Source: Alphaproteobacteria bacterium
GTDB lineage: Bacteria; Pseudomonadota; Alphaproteobacteria; RF32; CAG-239
Direction of reading: 5' to 3'
Assembly (NCBI GenBank): GCA_045633825.1
Contig: JAZQZB010000033.1
Span: forward strand, 1 to 61,208
Length of the DNA: 61,208 bases
This document shows positions 8,860 to 19,471 of this stretch, one piece after another. The first letter of the stretch is position 1, and each line of letters begins with the position of its first letter. The notes under the pieces are model-generated. The model searched no databases. It was not told where the DNA came from and was given only the letters and a program-made list of their open reading frames with translations. The translations under genes and the position numbers were made by a program.

Positions 8860-9564
8860 ATGTTTATGTATAGCGAAAAGTTTAAGATTTTTATTGATAT
8901 GTGGCGTGAAGAATTTGCCATAGAACGTTCTATTGACGAAAAAATTTGCTTGGATAAAGACGGAAATCCTATACCTTGGTATACTTATCCGGCAATAGAA
9001 TATTTGTCACAATTTGATTATTCAGATAAACAAATTTTGGAATTCGGTTGCGGATTTTCATCACTCTTTTGGGCAAAACGAGCTAAAAAGGTAACTTCAA
9101 TAGAAGATAATTTGAATTGGTTTGATAAGTGGAAAAAAGAATTTGATGAGCCGAATTTGGATATCAGGTGGCGTGATGAGGGCGAAATTTATGAGCAGGC
9201 GGCCTTTGAAGATAATATAAAATATGATGTGATTATTGTTGACGGAAAACGCAGATTTCAATGTGCGGAAGCGGCAGTGAAAGCACTTAATAAAGGCGGA
9301 ATGATAATTTTAGATGACAGTGACAGAATTAATACTTCGCAAGAGTATGTTAAGGCTGTTGAAATATTAAAAAATGCTAACTTATTACAGGTTGATTTTT
9401 ACGGTTTTTGCCCAATGAATAATTATACCAAAACTACTTCGGTTTTCTTTTCTCGTGATTTTAACTTTGAATCATTGTATAAAGTTCAGCCGATAAACGG
9501 ATGGGGTAATCTTTGGTCAAAATCACGAAAAGACAGAAAAGAATTTTATAAAAAATCAATGTAA
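8860..9564 (+). CDS. Putative SAM-dependent methyltransferase-like protein
   Basis: EFGCGFSSLFW glycine-rich loop, SIEDN acidic loop, VIIVDG. Confidence 0.4.
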   Translation: MFMYSEKFKIFIDMWREEFAIERSIDEKICLDKDGNPIPWYTYPAIEYLSQFDYSDKQILEFGCGFSSLFWAKRAKKVTSIEDNLNWFDKWKKEFDEPNLDIRWRDEGEIYEQAAFEDNIKYDVIIVDGKRRFQCAEAAVKALNKGGMIILDDSDRINTSQEYVKAVEILKNANLLQVDFYGFCPMNNYTKTTSVFFSRDFNFESLYKVQPINGWGNLWSKSRKDRKEFYKKSM

Positions 9565-9566
9565 AA

Positions 9567-9603
9567 AAACTCCTGATACATTGAAAGTATCGGGAGTTTT
9601 TTT
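9567..9603. terminator. Bidirectional intrinsic terminator
   Basis: aaaaaaactcctgatac attgaaa gtatcgggagttttttt. Confidence 0.7.
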
Positions 9604-9620
9604 ATAAGAGGTGAAAAGAA

Positions 9621-10013
9621 TTATTCTTCGGCAGAATAAATCATCTCGCCTTCAAGCTCTGCTTCGACGCCATGTCCTTGTTCGGCGATGGAAATAATCT
9701 TGGTATCACCTTGCATATATACAAAAGTATTATCGACATTTCCTCGATAATTTTTGTACATAGGACGATTAAGTTCAAAAACTACAAACCAAAATTTTGA
9801 ATTTTGGTAGGCCTTTTTGATTTTTATTGAAACGCGGCAAGGGTCTACATCCGGTAATGAACGCAGAAATATTTGTCCTACATTTTCTACCAGAATATAA
9901 CTACATTTGTCTAATAAAAATTTTTGAACTTGTTTGGCGTTGAACGCTTCGTTGAAATAAAATAATTCGAAACCTAAAAGGTAGCAATGACTGCTGATTT
10001 GAATTTTTTCCAT
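9621..10013 (-). CDS. Hypothetical protein (130 aa)
   Basis: ORF with a downstream terminator. No recognisable motif. Confidence 0.4.
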   Translation of the reverse strand: MEKIQISSHCYLLGFELFYFNEAFNAKQVQKFLLDKCSYILVENVGQIFLRSLPDVDPCRVSIKIKKAYQNSKFWFVVFELNRPMYKNYRGNVDNTFVYMQGDTKIISIAEQGHGVEAELEGEMIYSAEE

Positions 10014-10143
10014 AATCTTAAAAATTAATAATTTATATTGATTGCCTCATTATATTTATTATTTTTGTTTCGTCAATATGTTAAGGCAAAACTTAAATTT
10101 GAAATTTTAAAGCATATATTTTAGTTAAATAAGGAGAAAGTAT

Positions 10144-11043
10144 ATGCTTTGGATTATTAACGGGTTGGTATATGGTTTTTTTATGGCTTTGTATACTTTG
10201 GTAAACCAAAGACATAAGTTTAACGGGTATGTGCTCGGGGTTTGGCGAGGATTTGGAATTTCACTTATTTTTTTACCTTTTTTATTTTTGGTACCGTTGC
10301 AGACGAATGTAAAAAATTGGATTTTGCTGGTTGTTCAAGGTATTTTAATAGGGATTTATGATTCGCATATATTTTTTGCTTCGGCTCGTTATGGGGCGTC
10401 GGTTACTTCCAAATTATTGGTATTGAGTGTGTTGGTAACGACTTTGATGTGGTGGGCAATTACACCGAAATTGTTTGTTGATTTAGTAAGACAAGAAAAT
10501 GTTTTTATCACATTGCTTTTGACACTTTTCGGATTTTGCGTTTGTTATTGGTATATGCTTAAAAGTAAGATTACGCAAAATGCTTTTTGGTATATGATGC
10601 CGGCAGTATTATCATTGGCAGGTATGAGTGTGGCGACTAAAGAAATTGCTATGATGGGGCAAGATGTTTGGGATAATGTTTTATATTATTTAACAGTGTC
10701 TACTTTTGTTTCGGGTATTTATAATTATCTGTTTCTTATTAAAGATAAGCATTATAATTTTATGTTAATCGGAAAGATGATATTTAATTATGAAGTGGTA
10801 AAAGTAGGGATTTATATCGTATCTTTTTCGGCGGCTTTGATTGCGGCTAAAACTATGGCAATGAGGTTAGCGCCAAATCCGGGATATGTGGTAACTTTGC
10901 TTTTAACGGCGCCGATATTTGTATATTTATTGGAAGGTAATAAAAAGACATCAAGTGTTTCGGAAAAAGCCGGCTTTGCAATGCTGTTTTTTTTGTTTTT
11001 GATTATGATTTTGTTGGTAGATAATTTTAATATAAATGATTAG
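10144..11043 (+). CDS. Multi-pass membrane protein (about 10 TM, DMT/EamA-like topology)
   Basis: 299 aa, hydrophobic throughout. SD aaggag upstream. Confidence 0.5.
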   Translation: MLWIINGLVYGFFMALYTLVNQRHKFNGYVLGVWRGFGISLIFLPFLFLVPLQTNVKNWILLVVQGILIGIYDSHIFFASARYGASVTSKLLVLSVLVTTLMWWAITPKLFVDLVRQENVFITLLLTLFGFCVCYWYMLKSKITQNAFWYMMPAVLSLAGMSVATKEIAMMGQDVWDNVLYYLTVSTFVSGIYNYLFLIKDKHYNFMLIGKMIFNYEVVKVGIYIVSFSAALIAAKTMAMRLAPNPGYVVTLLLTAPIFVYLLEGNKKTSSVSEKAGFAMLFFLFLIMILLVDNFNIND

Positions 11044-12128
11044 GAGCAAAGCCCTAAAATAAGATAATCAAGAAGTACAAAACCTTTAGAAGTTGCTTTA
11101 AGAGTGGTGTCGTTGTTGATTAAAAGACCTTTATTTGAGGCTTCTTTTGTAAAATCTTGATTGATAAAATCATCAATATTTATTCCGCAAATCTGATGAA
11201 AGTTTTGTTTGTTGATGCCTTCGGTTAAACGTAAATTCATTATAATCAGTTCTTCGGCTCGTTCTTCTTGTGAGAGTTCTTCCATAATTATAGGGTTGGT
11301 TACGGCATAGTGTTTATTATTTATTTTTAGGCGGCCGTGAGCGGATTTGCCGATACCGATATAATCTTTGCCTAACCAATAGGCTTTGTTGTGTACGGAT
11401 TGAAAATCAGGTAAAGAATAATTAGAAACTTCGTATTTTTGATAGCCTTTTGAGTTCAGATAATCTTCGGTAAAAAGGTATAATTCGTTGGCTTTTTCTT
11501 CATCTAAACCTTTAAGGCCTTTTTTGTAAAAGACGGTATTTTCTTCAATCATCAGCTGATATAGTGATATATGTTTTAAGCCGAAGTTAGAAGCTAAAGC
11601 CAGTTGGGTTAGCCAATTTTGTTTTGTTTGCTCGGGCAGGGCATATATTAGATCGATTGAGTGATTGTTAAAGTTTTTTAATACATCTTCAATGGCTTTT
11701 AGGGCTTGGTTTGCATTGTGAGTTCTGCCTAAAAATTTTAAGTAATTATCATCAAAAGATTGCACTCCTAAAGACAGGCGATTGATGCCGGCATTTTTTA
11801 AATCTTGAAATAATGTCGAGGTTTGGGTGTTGGGATTAGCTTCCAAAGATATTTCGCAATTTGGAGAAACTGTCCAAAGTTCGTTTATTTTATTGAGTAA
11901 ACGAGAAATATTTTGCGGGGCAATAAGTGATGGAGTGCCTCCTCCGAAAAAGACGGAAACGACATTTTTATCCGGCAAAATTTCTTTGTATTTTATTATT
12001 TGCTCAATATAATCGTCAATGATTTCATTTTGGTTTATATTTTTTTTGACTTGGGAAAAGAAGTCGCAATAAGGGCATTTGCTTTTGCAAAAAGGCCAAT
12101 GAAAATAGATGCTTAATTCTTTTCCCAT
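11040..12128 (-). CDS. hemW: Radical SAM heme chaperone HemW (coproporphyrinogen III oxidase-like)
   Basis: 362 aa. CKSKCPYCDF CxxxCxxC cluster motif, GGGTPS. Confidence 0.8.
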   Translation of the reverse strand: MGKELSIYFHWPFCKSKCPYCDFFSQVKKNINQNEIIDDYIEQIIKYKEILPDKNVVSVFFGGGTPSLIAPQNISRLLNKINELWTVSPNCEISLEANPNTQTSTLFQDLKNAGINRLSLGVQSFDDNYLKFLGRTHNANQALKAIEDVLKNFNNHSIDLIYALPEQTKQNWLTQLALASNFGLKHISLYQLMIEENTVFYKKGLKGLDEEKANELYLFTEDYLNSKGYQKYEVSNYSLPDFQSVHNKAYWLGKDYIGIGKSAHGRLKINNKHYAVTNPIIMEELSQEERAEELIIMNLRLTEGINKQNFHQICGINIDDFINQDFTKEASNKGLLINNDTTLKATSKGFVLLDYLILGLCS

Positions 12129-12135
12129 TATAGTC

Positions 12136-13443
12136 CTATAATATAAATTTAGAAAGGTCGGATTTGACGGTGTATTTGCTTAATTTTTCTTCGACAAATT
12201 CTGCTGTGACATTAAATTCCTGACCGTCTTTGTCGGAGGCTGAAAAACTTATGTCTTCGAGCAAAATTTCCAAGACCGTATGAAGGCGACGAGCTCCGAT
12301 ATTTTCAACATTTTCGTTGATTAAAACGGCTATGTCGGCGATTTTTTCAATAGCTTCGGAAGTGAATTTTAAAGTGAAATTTTCGGTTCCCAAAAGGGCG
12401 ATATATTGCTCAATAAGGTTGGCTTCAGGCTCGGTTAAAATACGCACGAAATCTTCATGTGTGAGGGCTTGAAGTTCTACCCTTATCGGCAAACGACCTT
12501 GAAGTTCCGGTAGCATATCAGACGGTTTTGCCAAGTGAAAAGCACCCGAGCATATAAATAAAATGTGATCGGTTTTTACCATGCCGTATTTAGTGGTAAC
12601 GGTTGTTCCTTCAATTAATGGAAGCAAGTCTCTTTGGACTCCTTCGCGAGAAACATCACCGCGAGTACCTTCGGATTTTCCGGTAATTTTATCAATCTCG
12701 TCTATGAAAACAATTCCGTCATTTTCGACTGATTTTATTGCTGTGTCGACAATAGTATCATTATCCAAGATTTTATCACATTCTTCATCAATTAAAATTT
12801 TGAAAGCTTCATCAACTTTTAGTTTACGGGTTTTGTATTTTTGCGCACTTCCGCCAAGTAAATCACCAAGACTTATCATACCCATAGAGGCACCGGGCAT
12901 TCCGGGAATGTCGATAGTGGGCATTGATGAATTGGAATTGTCTAAAAGGGATATTTCGACTTCTCGTTCATCAAGTTCGTGATTGCGAAGCATACCTAAA
13001 AATTTGGTTTTGGTTTCGTCGCTTGCATTTGCGCCGACAAGAGCTTCGATTATACGTTTTTCGGCAAAAGATTCAGCTTTTGCACAAACACTTTTGCGTA
13101 AATGTTTGCGTGTTTGGTTTATAGATATTTCAATCAAATCTCTGATGATACTTTCGACATCACGGCCGACATAACCGATTTCGGTGAATTTAGTGGCCTC
13201 GACTTTGATAAACGGAGCTTTGGCAAGTTTAGCCAATCGGCGAGAAATTTCGGTTTTACCCACGCCGGTCGGTCCTATCATTAAAATATTTTTCGGTACG
13301 ATTTCTTCTTTTAATTTATCGGGTAATTGCATACGACGCCAACGATTGCGAAGGGCAACCGCAACAGCTTTTTTGGCTTCATGTTGACCGATAATAAATT
13401 TATCTAATTCCGAAACAATTTCTCTGGGGCTGAAGTTAGTCAT
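12136..13443 (-). CDS. hslU: ATP-dependent protease ATPase subunit HslU
   Basis: 435 aa. Walker [10 protein letters not shown]. 8-nt overlap with hslV. Confidence 0.95.
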   Translation of the reverse strand: MTNFSPREIVSELDKFIIGQHEAKKAVAVALRNRWRRMQLPDKLKEEIVPKNILMIGPTGVGKTEISRRLAKLAKAPFIKVEATKFTEIGYVGRDVESIIRDLIEISINQTRKHLRKSVCAKAESFAEKRIIEALVGANASDETKTKFLGMLRNHELDEREVEISLLDNSNSSMPTIDIPGMPGASMGMISLGDLLGGSAQKYKTRKLKVDEAFKILIDEECDKILDNDTIVDTAIKSVENDGIVFIDEIDKITGKSEGTRGDVSREGVQRDLLPLIEGTTVTTKYGMVKTDHILFICSGAFHLAKPSDMLPELQGRLPIRVELQALTHEDFVRILTEPEANLIEQYIALLGTENFTLKFTSEAIEKIADIAVLINENVENIGARRLHTVLEILLEDISFSASDKDGQEFNVTAEFVEEKLSKYTVKSDLSKFIL

Positions 13444-13966
13444 TTTTAATACTTTCCATAATTACATTGTGATTGGTATAAATGTCGATATCTCCGGCGA
13501 TTTTCATTGATTTTTGAGCAATGTCTTCCAATGATAATCCTTCAATATCATATAGAGCTTTGGCAGCTGACATAGCATAGTTTCCGCCTGATCCGATACC
13601 TATAATACCATCGTCCGGTTCCATAACTTCACCGGTGCCGGATATTACCAATGATGTTTCTTTGTCGGCTACAATCATAAAGGCTTGCAGTTGGCGAAGA
13701 TATTTGTCCATGCGCCAATCTTTTGCCAACTCGACGGCAGCTCTTTTTAATTGGTTGGCGTGTTTTTCCAATTTTGCTTCCAAGCGCTCAATCAATGTAA
13801 TACCATCAGCAGCAGCACCGGCAAATCCGGCAATTATTTTACCGTTACCGATACGGCGCACTTTGATTGAATGAGATTTGAATACGATTGCTTCACCTAA
13901 AGTTGCTTGTCCGTCACCGGCCATAACAACTTTGTTGTCTTTTCTGATACATAAGATTGTAGTCAT
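13436..13966 (-). CDS. hslV: ATP-dependent protease subunit HslV
   Basis: 176 aa. N-terminal catalytic Thr (MTTILC), GDGQ. Confidence 0.95.
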   Translation of the reverse strand: MTTILCIRKDNKVVMAGDGQATLGEAIVFKSHSIKVRRIGNGKIIAGFAGAAADGITLIERLEAKLEKHANQLKRAAVELAKDWRMDKYLRQLQAFMIVADKETSLVISGTGEVMEPDDGIIGIGSGGNYAMSAAKALYDIEGLSLEDIAQKSMKIAGDIDIYTNHNVIMESIKND

Positions 13967-14006
13967 TGAAATATATATCCTTAATTGTGGTTATTAATGT
14001 TATATT

Positions 14007-14035
14007 ATGTAGGTAAAAATATTGTCGGATGCAAG
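14007..14035 (-). promoter_or_regulatory. Possible RpoH (sigma-32)-type promoter for hslVU
   Basis: Minus strand reads CTTG, 18 nt, CCTACAT. This compares with the alphaproteobacterial CTTG-N17/18-CYTATNT. It lies between an upstream terminator and hslV. Confidence 0.3.
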
Positions 14036-14046
14036 GGGAAATTAAT

Positions 14047-14082
14047 AAAAAAACTCCCTGATTTTTTATCAGGGAGTTTTTA
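14047..14082 (-). terminator. Intrinsic terminator after the 705-aa lipoprotein gene
   Basis: Stem ctccctgat/atcagggag with a T-run on the minus strand. Confidence 0.7.
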
Positions 14083-14085
14083 GGA

Positions 14086-16203
14086 TTATTTGCGTTCTTT
14101 TGCGGTAACCGGTGTCGGCGATTTATCTTTTTTAGAATTGTCTATCGCATCGGCAATCGGTGTATATATACGTACAGCTTTAGGTTTGCTTCCGATAAGC
14201 GGTTTTTGACCGCAAATATCAAGACCTACCGATTTGAGGGCTGTTTCTATCGGAATAAAGAGGTCAGGCGATGTATCATCTTTTTTGCTCTTGTGAGAAA
14301 TACCGATGATATTACCTTTTTGATCAATTAATGCGCCGCCCAAAGTTGCGGTTTGAACAAAGGTATCAACAATAATTTCGGCACCTTTGTCTTCTGTCCA
14401 ACGATAGCCGACAACACGACCTTCATTATCAATATAGTTTTCTCCTTTTTCATCAAAATTGAGCATGCCTAAAGTTAAGAGAATATCTTTGTTTACTTCA
14501 GGTAATTTTAATGACATAGGCAGGGGTTGATATGCAATCGGTTTTTCAAGTAATAATACGGCGATATTTTTGTTCGGATTAATACGGAAAGCCGAAGCAT
14601 TGAATTTGTTACCATTGAGAGTTTCTAAAAGGTATTTGTTATTTTCTTTGGTAATTAAATCGGCAGATGTCAGAATCATATCTTCTGCAATTAGTAAGCC
14701 GGCACCTTTTTTGCCTTTTGAATTCTCTACAGATACAATAGATGAACGTAGTTTGTATAAATTGTAGGGATCGAGATTTTCAAACGGCGGATTGTTTACA
14801 ATACAGAAGTTATTGTTTACATCAGCATAAGAATCTTCGCCGATAACATCAATCTTTACATTGGTTTGCGGAACCGGAGTAACAACATTATTGGAAGCAG
14901 ATGTACCTCCGTCTTCAATAACGTCTACTGCTTCGGCTGTGTCAATTTCTAATGGGATATCAACAAAGACATCGTCACTTAAATTGATGTTTTCTTCCGG
15001 TTCAAGAATTGTATTGCAAGTGTCATAATCAGCGCATTCTTCAGTGATTTTAGCTGTTTGACATTCATCAGCAACGGTAATTGTTGTGTTTTTTGTTCCG
15101 CCAACCATTTCGGAAATCGATTCTTCTAAAGCTGAAGAAGTGCCGGATGTTCCGCCTTCGGTTAAAGACATAATGGCGGTACAAGAGCTGCCTTCGCATT
15201 TTACAGGAGTTGTTTGAACAACTGTTTTACCTGTAATGTTATGCTGTTCGTCACATTCTTGTAAGAGTTCGATAGTTTTTAATTCTTCGGCATATTCGGC
15301 AGCAAAACAATCTTCACAATTTTCACTTATATATAATTTTGCCAGTTGTATTTCTAAATCTTCGGCACATAAACGTTGTGAAAGTGTTTGATTAACACAG
15401 CTTATTTCGGGGAACTTGATTAAAGCATCTTCAAATGCACGTTCAACAAGCAATGTTTCACCGTTTGGTTCGCCTTCAATAATTTGTCCGTAACCTGTGG
15501 TTGTGCCTTTGCAATATACTTCATCTTTGGCCAAATTCATAATACGCCATACGACAGTCATTTCGGATGTACCGTTACGCAGTCTTTTATTTTTACTTTC
15601 TTGCCAATCAAATTCATCACAAATATTCATAAAATAGTCAGTAATTTCGGCAGTTATGACATATTCGTGTTGTTTGATTTTGTCAGAATCGGGGTAGTAA
15701 ACGCTTGAAGGTTCTACTACAACCGGATAGTAATCATTCATAGTTTCGTAAAAGACATCAAAAAAGTGCATATCTTTTTGCATTGAACGTCCTTGGTTTA
15801 AGTAGGCGTTCTTTGTTTCTCTGCGACAACCGAAAATGCGGAAACGATAGTCACCGAGTTTTGTGTTATATTCATCATATTTTTTGTTTTTTTTGATTCT
15901 GAAATCAACGTTTTCAAGTTTTATCGGGGCATAGGTGTCTCGAGAATTGTGTAATAAGGTGTATGCGTTGTATTGTTCATCGGAAATAATCAAACTTTGA
16001 TAGTTGATTTTTTGTGTGTCTTGAAGGTATGAGATTTTACGTACCGGTTTCTTTTTGGCCGGTTCACACATACAATCAAAGATACCTAAAGTAGAATCGG
16101 CATCAGGATTACACATACAAGGGATTAATTCAGGGCTTTCCACGTTACATGCAGAGAGCATTAACACAGATGAAAGTAATGATAAACCTATGTTTTTACG
16201 CAT
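14086..16203 (-). CDS. Lipoprotein with a C-terminal trypsin-fold domain lacking the catalytic triad
   Basis: Lipobox MLSAC. The C-terminus carries protease-like blocks GAGLLIAEDMILTSADLI, NIAVLLL and ATLGGALIDQKGNIIGIS. Confidence 0.6.
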   Translation of the reverse strand: MRKNIGLSLLSSVLMLSACNVESPELIPCMCNPDADSTLGIFDCMCEPAKKKPVRKISYLQDTQKINYQSLIISDEQYNAYTLLHNSRDTYAPIKLENVDFRIKKNKKYDEYNTKLGDYRFRIFGCRRETKNAYLNQGRSMQKDMHFFDVFYETMNDYYPVVVEPSSVYYPDSDKIKQHEYVITAEITDYFMNICDEFDWQESKNKRLRNGTSEMTVVWRIMNLAKDEVYCKGTTTGYGQIIEGEPNGETLLVERAFEDALIKFPEISCVNQTLSQRLCAEDLEIQLAKLYISENCEDCFAAEYAEELKTIELLQECDEQHNITGKTVVQTTPVKCEGSSCTAIMSLTEGGTSGTSSALEESISEMVGGTKNTTITVADECQTAKITEECADYDTCNTILEPEENINLSDDVFVDIPLEIDTAEAVDVIEDGGTSASNNVVTPVPQTNVKIDVIGEDSYADVNNNFCIVNNPPFENLDPYNLYKLRSSIVSVENSKGKKGAGLLIAEDMILTSADLITKENNKYLLETLNGNKFNASAFRINPNKNIAVLLLEKPIAYQPLPMSLKLPEVNKDILLTLGMLNFDEKGENYIDNEGRVVGYRWTEDKGAEIIVDTFVQTATLGGALIDQKGNIIGISHKSKKDDTSPDLFIPIETALKSVGLDICGQKPLIGSKPKAVRIYTPIADAIDNSKKDKSPTPVTAKERK

Positions 16204-16227
16204 TTTTTACAAACTCCAATAAACGAA

Positions 16228-17742
16228 TCAAAAATATCTGCTTTGGCGATAAGACAAAGCTTCTGCTATATGCATTTTAAGTATTTTTGATTCATTTTGC
16301 AAGTCTGCAATCGTTCTTGCTAACCGCAAAGTGCGATGATAGGCTCTGGCAGACATCGAATTTTTTTCGGCAAAGGTAATTAAGAGCTGTTCGGCATCAT
16401 TGTCCATAGCACAAATTTCCTCTAAAACCTTGCCTTTGAGCTGTGAGTTTGTGTTTATATCGGTAATGTTTAATTGACGATAACGAGCTATTTGAAGTTC
16501 TCTGGCTTTTATTACACGGCTTTGGATAACTTTTGAAGATTCGCCTTTTTTGACGTCTGATAATTCCCAAGGTGATACTTGAGGTACTTCAATTTTGATA
16601 TCTATTCTATCCAAAAGCGGTCCGGATATTTTTGACATATATTCTTGGGCGCAAACAGGGGCTCGAGAACATTCTTTATCTTTTTGTCCCAAGTGACCGC
16701 AACGACAGGGATTCATGGCGGCAATAAGTTGGAAATTTGCCGGAAATGTCGTGTGAGCATTTACACGAGATATTTGAATTTCGCCATTTTCTAACGGTTG
16801 GCGCAAAGCTTCTAAAGTGGGACGATTAAATTCGGGAAGTTCATCTAAAAATAATACCCCGTTATGAGCTAAAGAAATTTCTCCGGGAGTTCCTTTGCGA
16901 CCGCCTCCTACCAAAGCCGGAGTCGAAGCACTATGATGTGGCGATTGGAAAGGTCTGGAAAAACATATACCGCTTTCATTTAATTGGCCGGCAATGGATT
17001 TTATCATTGATGTTTCGATTGCTTCTTCAATGGTCATCGGAGGTAAAATAGTCGTTAAACGGGAAGCTAACATTGATTTTCCCGAACCGGGAGGGCCAAC
17101 CATAAGTAAATTATGTCCGCCGGCTGCAGCAATTTCTAAAGCTCTTTTGGCTGTTTCTTGGCCTTTGACATCGGACATATCAAGATTTGGTGCTTGAGTA
17201 ATATATTCGTTTTGAGGCGGTGTCGAAAGAAGTTCGCTTCCTTTTAAGTGATTTATCAAACTTATTAAATCGGGCGCGGCGATTATATCGTTTACTTTGG
17301 CCCAAGCCGCCTCGGAACCGCAACTTTGCGGACAAATTATACCAAGAGAGTCTTTTTTTGCTTGAACAGATGCCGGTAAAACGCCGTTTACCGATAAAAT
17401 TGCCCCATCTAAACCAAGCTCTCCCATTACCATATATGATTGTATTTTTTCTTTCGGTACTACACCCATAACAGATAAAATACCGAGAGCAATCGGTAAA
17501 TCAAAATGAGATCCTTCTTTCATCAGGTCAGCAGGGGATAGATTTATTACTATCCTTTTAGGAGGAAGTTGAAGACCTATTGATTGAATGGCTGAACGAA
17601 TGCGTTCTTTACTTTCGGCAATCGCTTTATCGGGAAGACCGACAATTATAAAGTTTGGTAAACCTGAAGATACTTGAGCTTGTAAATCGACTTTTTTTAC
17701 TTCTAATCCATTGAATGTAAGGGTATTTATGTGTGTTATCAT
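16228..17742 (-). CDS. YifB/ComM family Mg-chelatase-like AAA ATPase
   Basis: 504 aa. Walker A GPPGSGKS. Lon-like N-terminal domain. C-terminal ChlI-like region. Confidence 0.85.
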   Translation of the reverse strand: MITHINTLTFNGLEVKKVDLQAQVSSGLPNFIIVGLPDKAIAESKERIRSAIQSIGLQLPPKRIVINLSPADLMKEGSHFDLPIALGILSVMGVVPKEKIQSYMVMGELGLDGAILSVNGVLPASVQAKKDSLGIICPQSCGSEAAWAKVNDIIAAPDLISLINHLKGSELLSTPPQNEYITQAPNLDMSDVKGQETAKRALEIAAAGGHNLLMVGPPGSGKSMLASRLTTILPPMTIEEAIETSMIKSIAGQLNESGICFSRPFQSPHHSASTPALVGGGRKGTPGEISLAHNGVLFLDELPEFNRPTLEALRQPLENGEIQISRVNAHTTFPANFQLIAAMNPCRCGHLGQKDKECSRAPVCAQEYMSKISGPLLDRIDIKIEVPQVSPWELSDVKKGESSKVIQSRVIKARELQIARYRQLNITDINTNSQLKGKVLEEICAMDNDAEQLLITFAEKNSMSARAYHRTLRLARTIADLQNESKILKMHIAEALSYRQSRYF

Positions 17743-17754
17743 ATTATTTAATCC

Positions 17755-18060
17755 TTACCAACGCGGTGATGTGTCTCCATTACGCCAACGTCTTGTCGGA
17801 TAGGTGTCAACGGTTAAAAAATCATATTTTGCCGAACGGGACGGAATGTTGTTGAAACGAACGTATCCTTTTGTTTCGTAATATGAAGCACATTCTTCGG
17901 CCGAACGACTGTTGTTATTGTAACAATATATAATTGTGCGAGAGCGAAGATTTTGTAAACCGATGTAAGAATTGTCCGATGCTGCTTTGGATATTCCCAT
18001 AAAAATTATACAAAAAGACATAACAACTGTACAAATACTGATGAATCTTGTAAAAGACAT
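17755..18060 (-). CDS. Small secreted hypothetical protein
   Basis: Signal-like MSFTRFISICTVVMSFCIIFMGISKA. The start is placed at the internal ATG. Confidence 0.4.
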   Translation of the reverse strand: MSFTRFISICTVVMSFCIIFMGISKAASDNSYIGLQNLRSRTIIYCYNNNSRSAEECASYYETKGYVRFNNIPSRSAKYDFLTVDTYPTRRWRNGDTSPRW

Positions 18061-18332
18061 GGCTCTTCCCTTAAGATTGAACTTAATTTGTTTATTGATT
18101 AGCAAAAAAAGATTAAATCTTCATTAAAAATTTAGCATAAAATGCTTGCAAAATAAAGATTTTGTGATATAAGGACTTCGTCCTTGCCGTGGTTAATGAT
18201 GATCACGGCTATACAAAAGGCGGCCAAAATAATAGATGAGGGATGTGCTTTGGTGATTTTTGAAGCATTATTTCGAAAAAAATCGAGTGTTTTGGTCATA
18301 TTGTTGAGAATCCATAAGGAGTTAAATTTAAA

Positions 18333-18671
18333 ATGAATAAATATGAAAGCGTGTTGATTGCACGTCAAGATTTGGGCGCTTCACAAGTTAACACTTTGGT
18401 TGACGAATTGAAAAATGTTATTTCAGCTCAAGGTGGTGAAGTTGTTCGCGTTGATAATTGGGGTTTGAAAAACCTTGCTTATCGTATTAAGAAAAACCGT
18501 AAAGGTCATTACGTTCTTTTGAATATTGCTGCTCCGGCAAATGCTGTTGCAGAATATGAACGTGTTATGCGTGTTAACGAAGATATTATCCGTTATATGA
18601 CTGTTAAAGTTGAAGACTTTTCTGAAGTTTCTTCCGGTAATGACGGTGTAGATTCTGCAGTTGAAGAATAA
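18333..18671 (+). CDS. rpsF: 30S ribosomal protein S6
   Basis: 112 aa, YE..LI.R motif. rpsF-rpsR-rplI gene order. Confidence 0.9.
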   Translation: MNKYESVLIARQDLGASQVNTLVDELKNVISAQGGEVVRVDNWGLKNLAYRIKKNRKGHYVLLNIAAPANAVAEYERVMRVNEDIIRYMTVKVEDFSEVSSGNDGVDSAVEE

Positions 18672-18682
18672 GGAGAACGATA

Positions 18683-18910
18683 ATGGCTAAACAAGTATTC
18701 TTTAGAAGAAAAAAGAGCTGTCCGTTTTCCGGTGAAGACGGACTTAAAATCGACTATAAAGATGTAAAATTGCTTTCTCGTTACATTTCAGAAAAAGGCA
18801 AAATCATCCCAAGTCGTATCACTTCAGTTTCGGCTAAAAAACAAAGAGAATTGGCAAAAGCTATTAAAAGAGCTCGCTATCTCGGTTTGTTGCCTTATGT
18901 TGCAATGTAA
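18683..18910 (+). CDS. rpsR: 30S ribosomal protein S18
   Basis: 75 aa. CPF...IDYKDV..L..YISE.GKI.P.R.T. Confidence 0.9.
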   Translation: MAKQVFFRRKKSCPFSGEDGLKIDYKDVKLLSRYISEKGKIIPSRITSVSAKKQRELAKAIKRARYLGLLPYVAM

Positions 18911-18928
18911 GTTTAAGGGAGAAAGAAT

Positions 18929-19414
18929 ATGGAAGTTATCTTGCTTGAACATGTTGAAAAATTAGGCAAAATGGGCGAAAAAGTCAGCGTAAAAAATGGT
19001 TTTGCCCGTAACTATTTGTTGCCTCAAGGCAAAGCTTTGCGCGCTACTGAAGCAAACTTGGCAGTTTATGAAAAACAAAAGGCTGAATTGGAGGCTCGTA
19101 ATAAACAATTATTTGATGAAGCTTCTAAATTGGCAGAATCTTTGAAGGGTTATTCTACAGTTTTGATTCGTCAAGCTGCCGAAACAGGTCAACTTTATGG
19201 TTCTGTTACTATTCGTGATATTGCTGCTGCCGTTAAAGAAGCAGGTTTTGCAGTTGAACGTCGCCAAGTATTTTTGGATAAGGCAATCAAAGATTTGGGT
19301 GTTTACCAAGTTAAATTAAACTTGCATCCTGAAGTTAGCCAAACAATTTTGGTTAACGTTGCCAGAACAGAAGATGATGCTAAAAAACAAGCTAAAGCTT
19401 ATGAAAATAATTAA
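18929..19414 (+). CDS. rplI: 50S ribosomal protein L9
   Basis: 161 aa. MEVILLE.V..LG..G..V.VK.GFARNYL.P. Confidence 0.9.
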   Translation: MEVILLEHVEKLGKMGEKVSVKNGFARNYLLPQGKALRATEANLAVYEKQKAELEARNKQLFDEASKLAESLKGYSTVLIRQAAETGQLYGSVTIRDIAAAVKEAGFAVERRQVFLDKAIKDLGVYQVKLNLHPEVSQTILVNVARTEDDAKKQAKAYENN

Positions 19415-19432
19415 TTAGCTTTTTTAGTATTT

Positions 19433-19470
19433 AGAAAAAAAACCTTCGCTAATTTGGCGAAGGTTTTTTT
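19433..19470. terminator. Bidirectional intrinsic terminator
   Basis: aaaaaaaaccttcgc taattt gcgaaggttttttt. Confidence 0.7.
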
Positions 19471-19471
19471 A

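Noticed and set aside
12581-13387. Several plus-strand ORFs (60-133 aa) inside hslU
   Set aside because: They are antisense to an unambiguous full-length HslU coding sequence. These are shadow ORFs.
18132-18368. 78-aa minus-strand ORF overlapping the rpsF start
   Set aside because: It overlaps the rpsF promoter, leader and start region. It has no SD and an implausible sequence.
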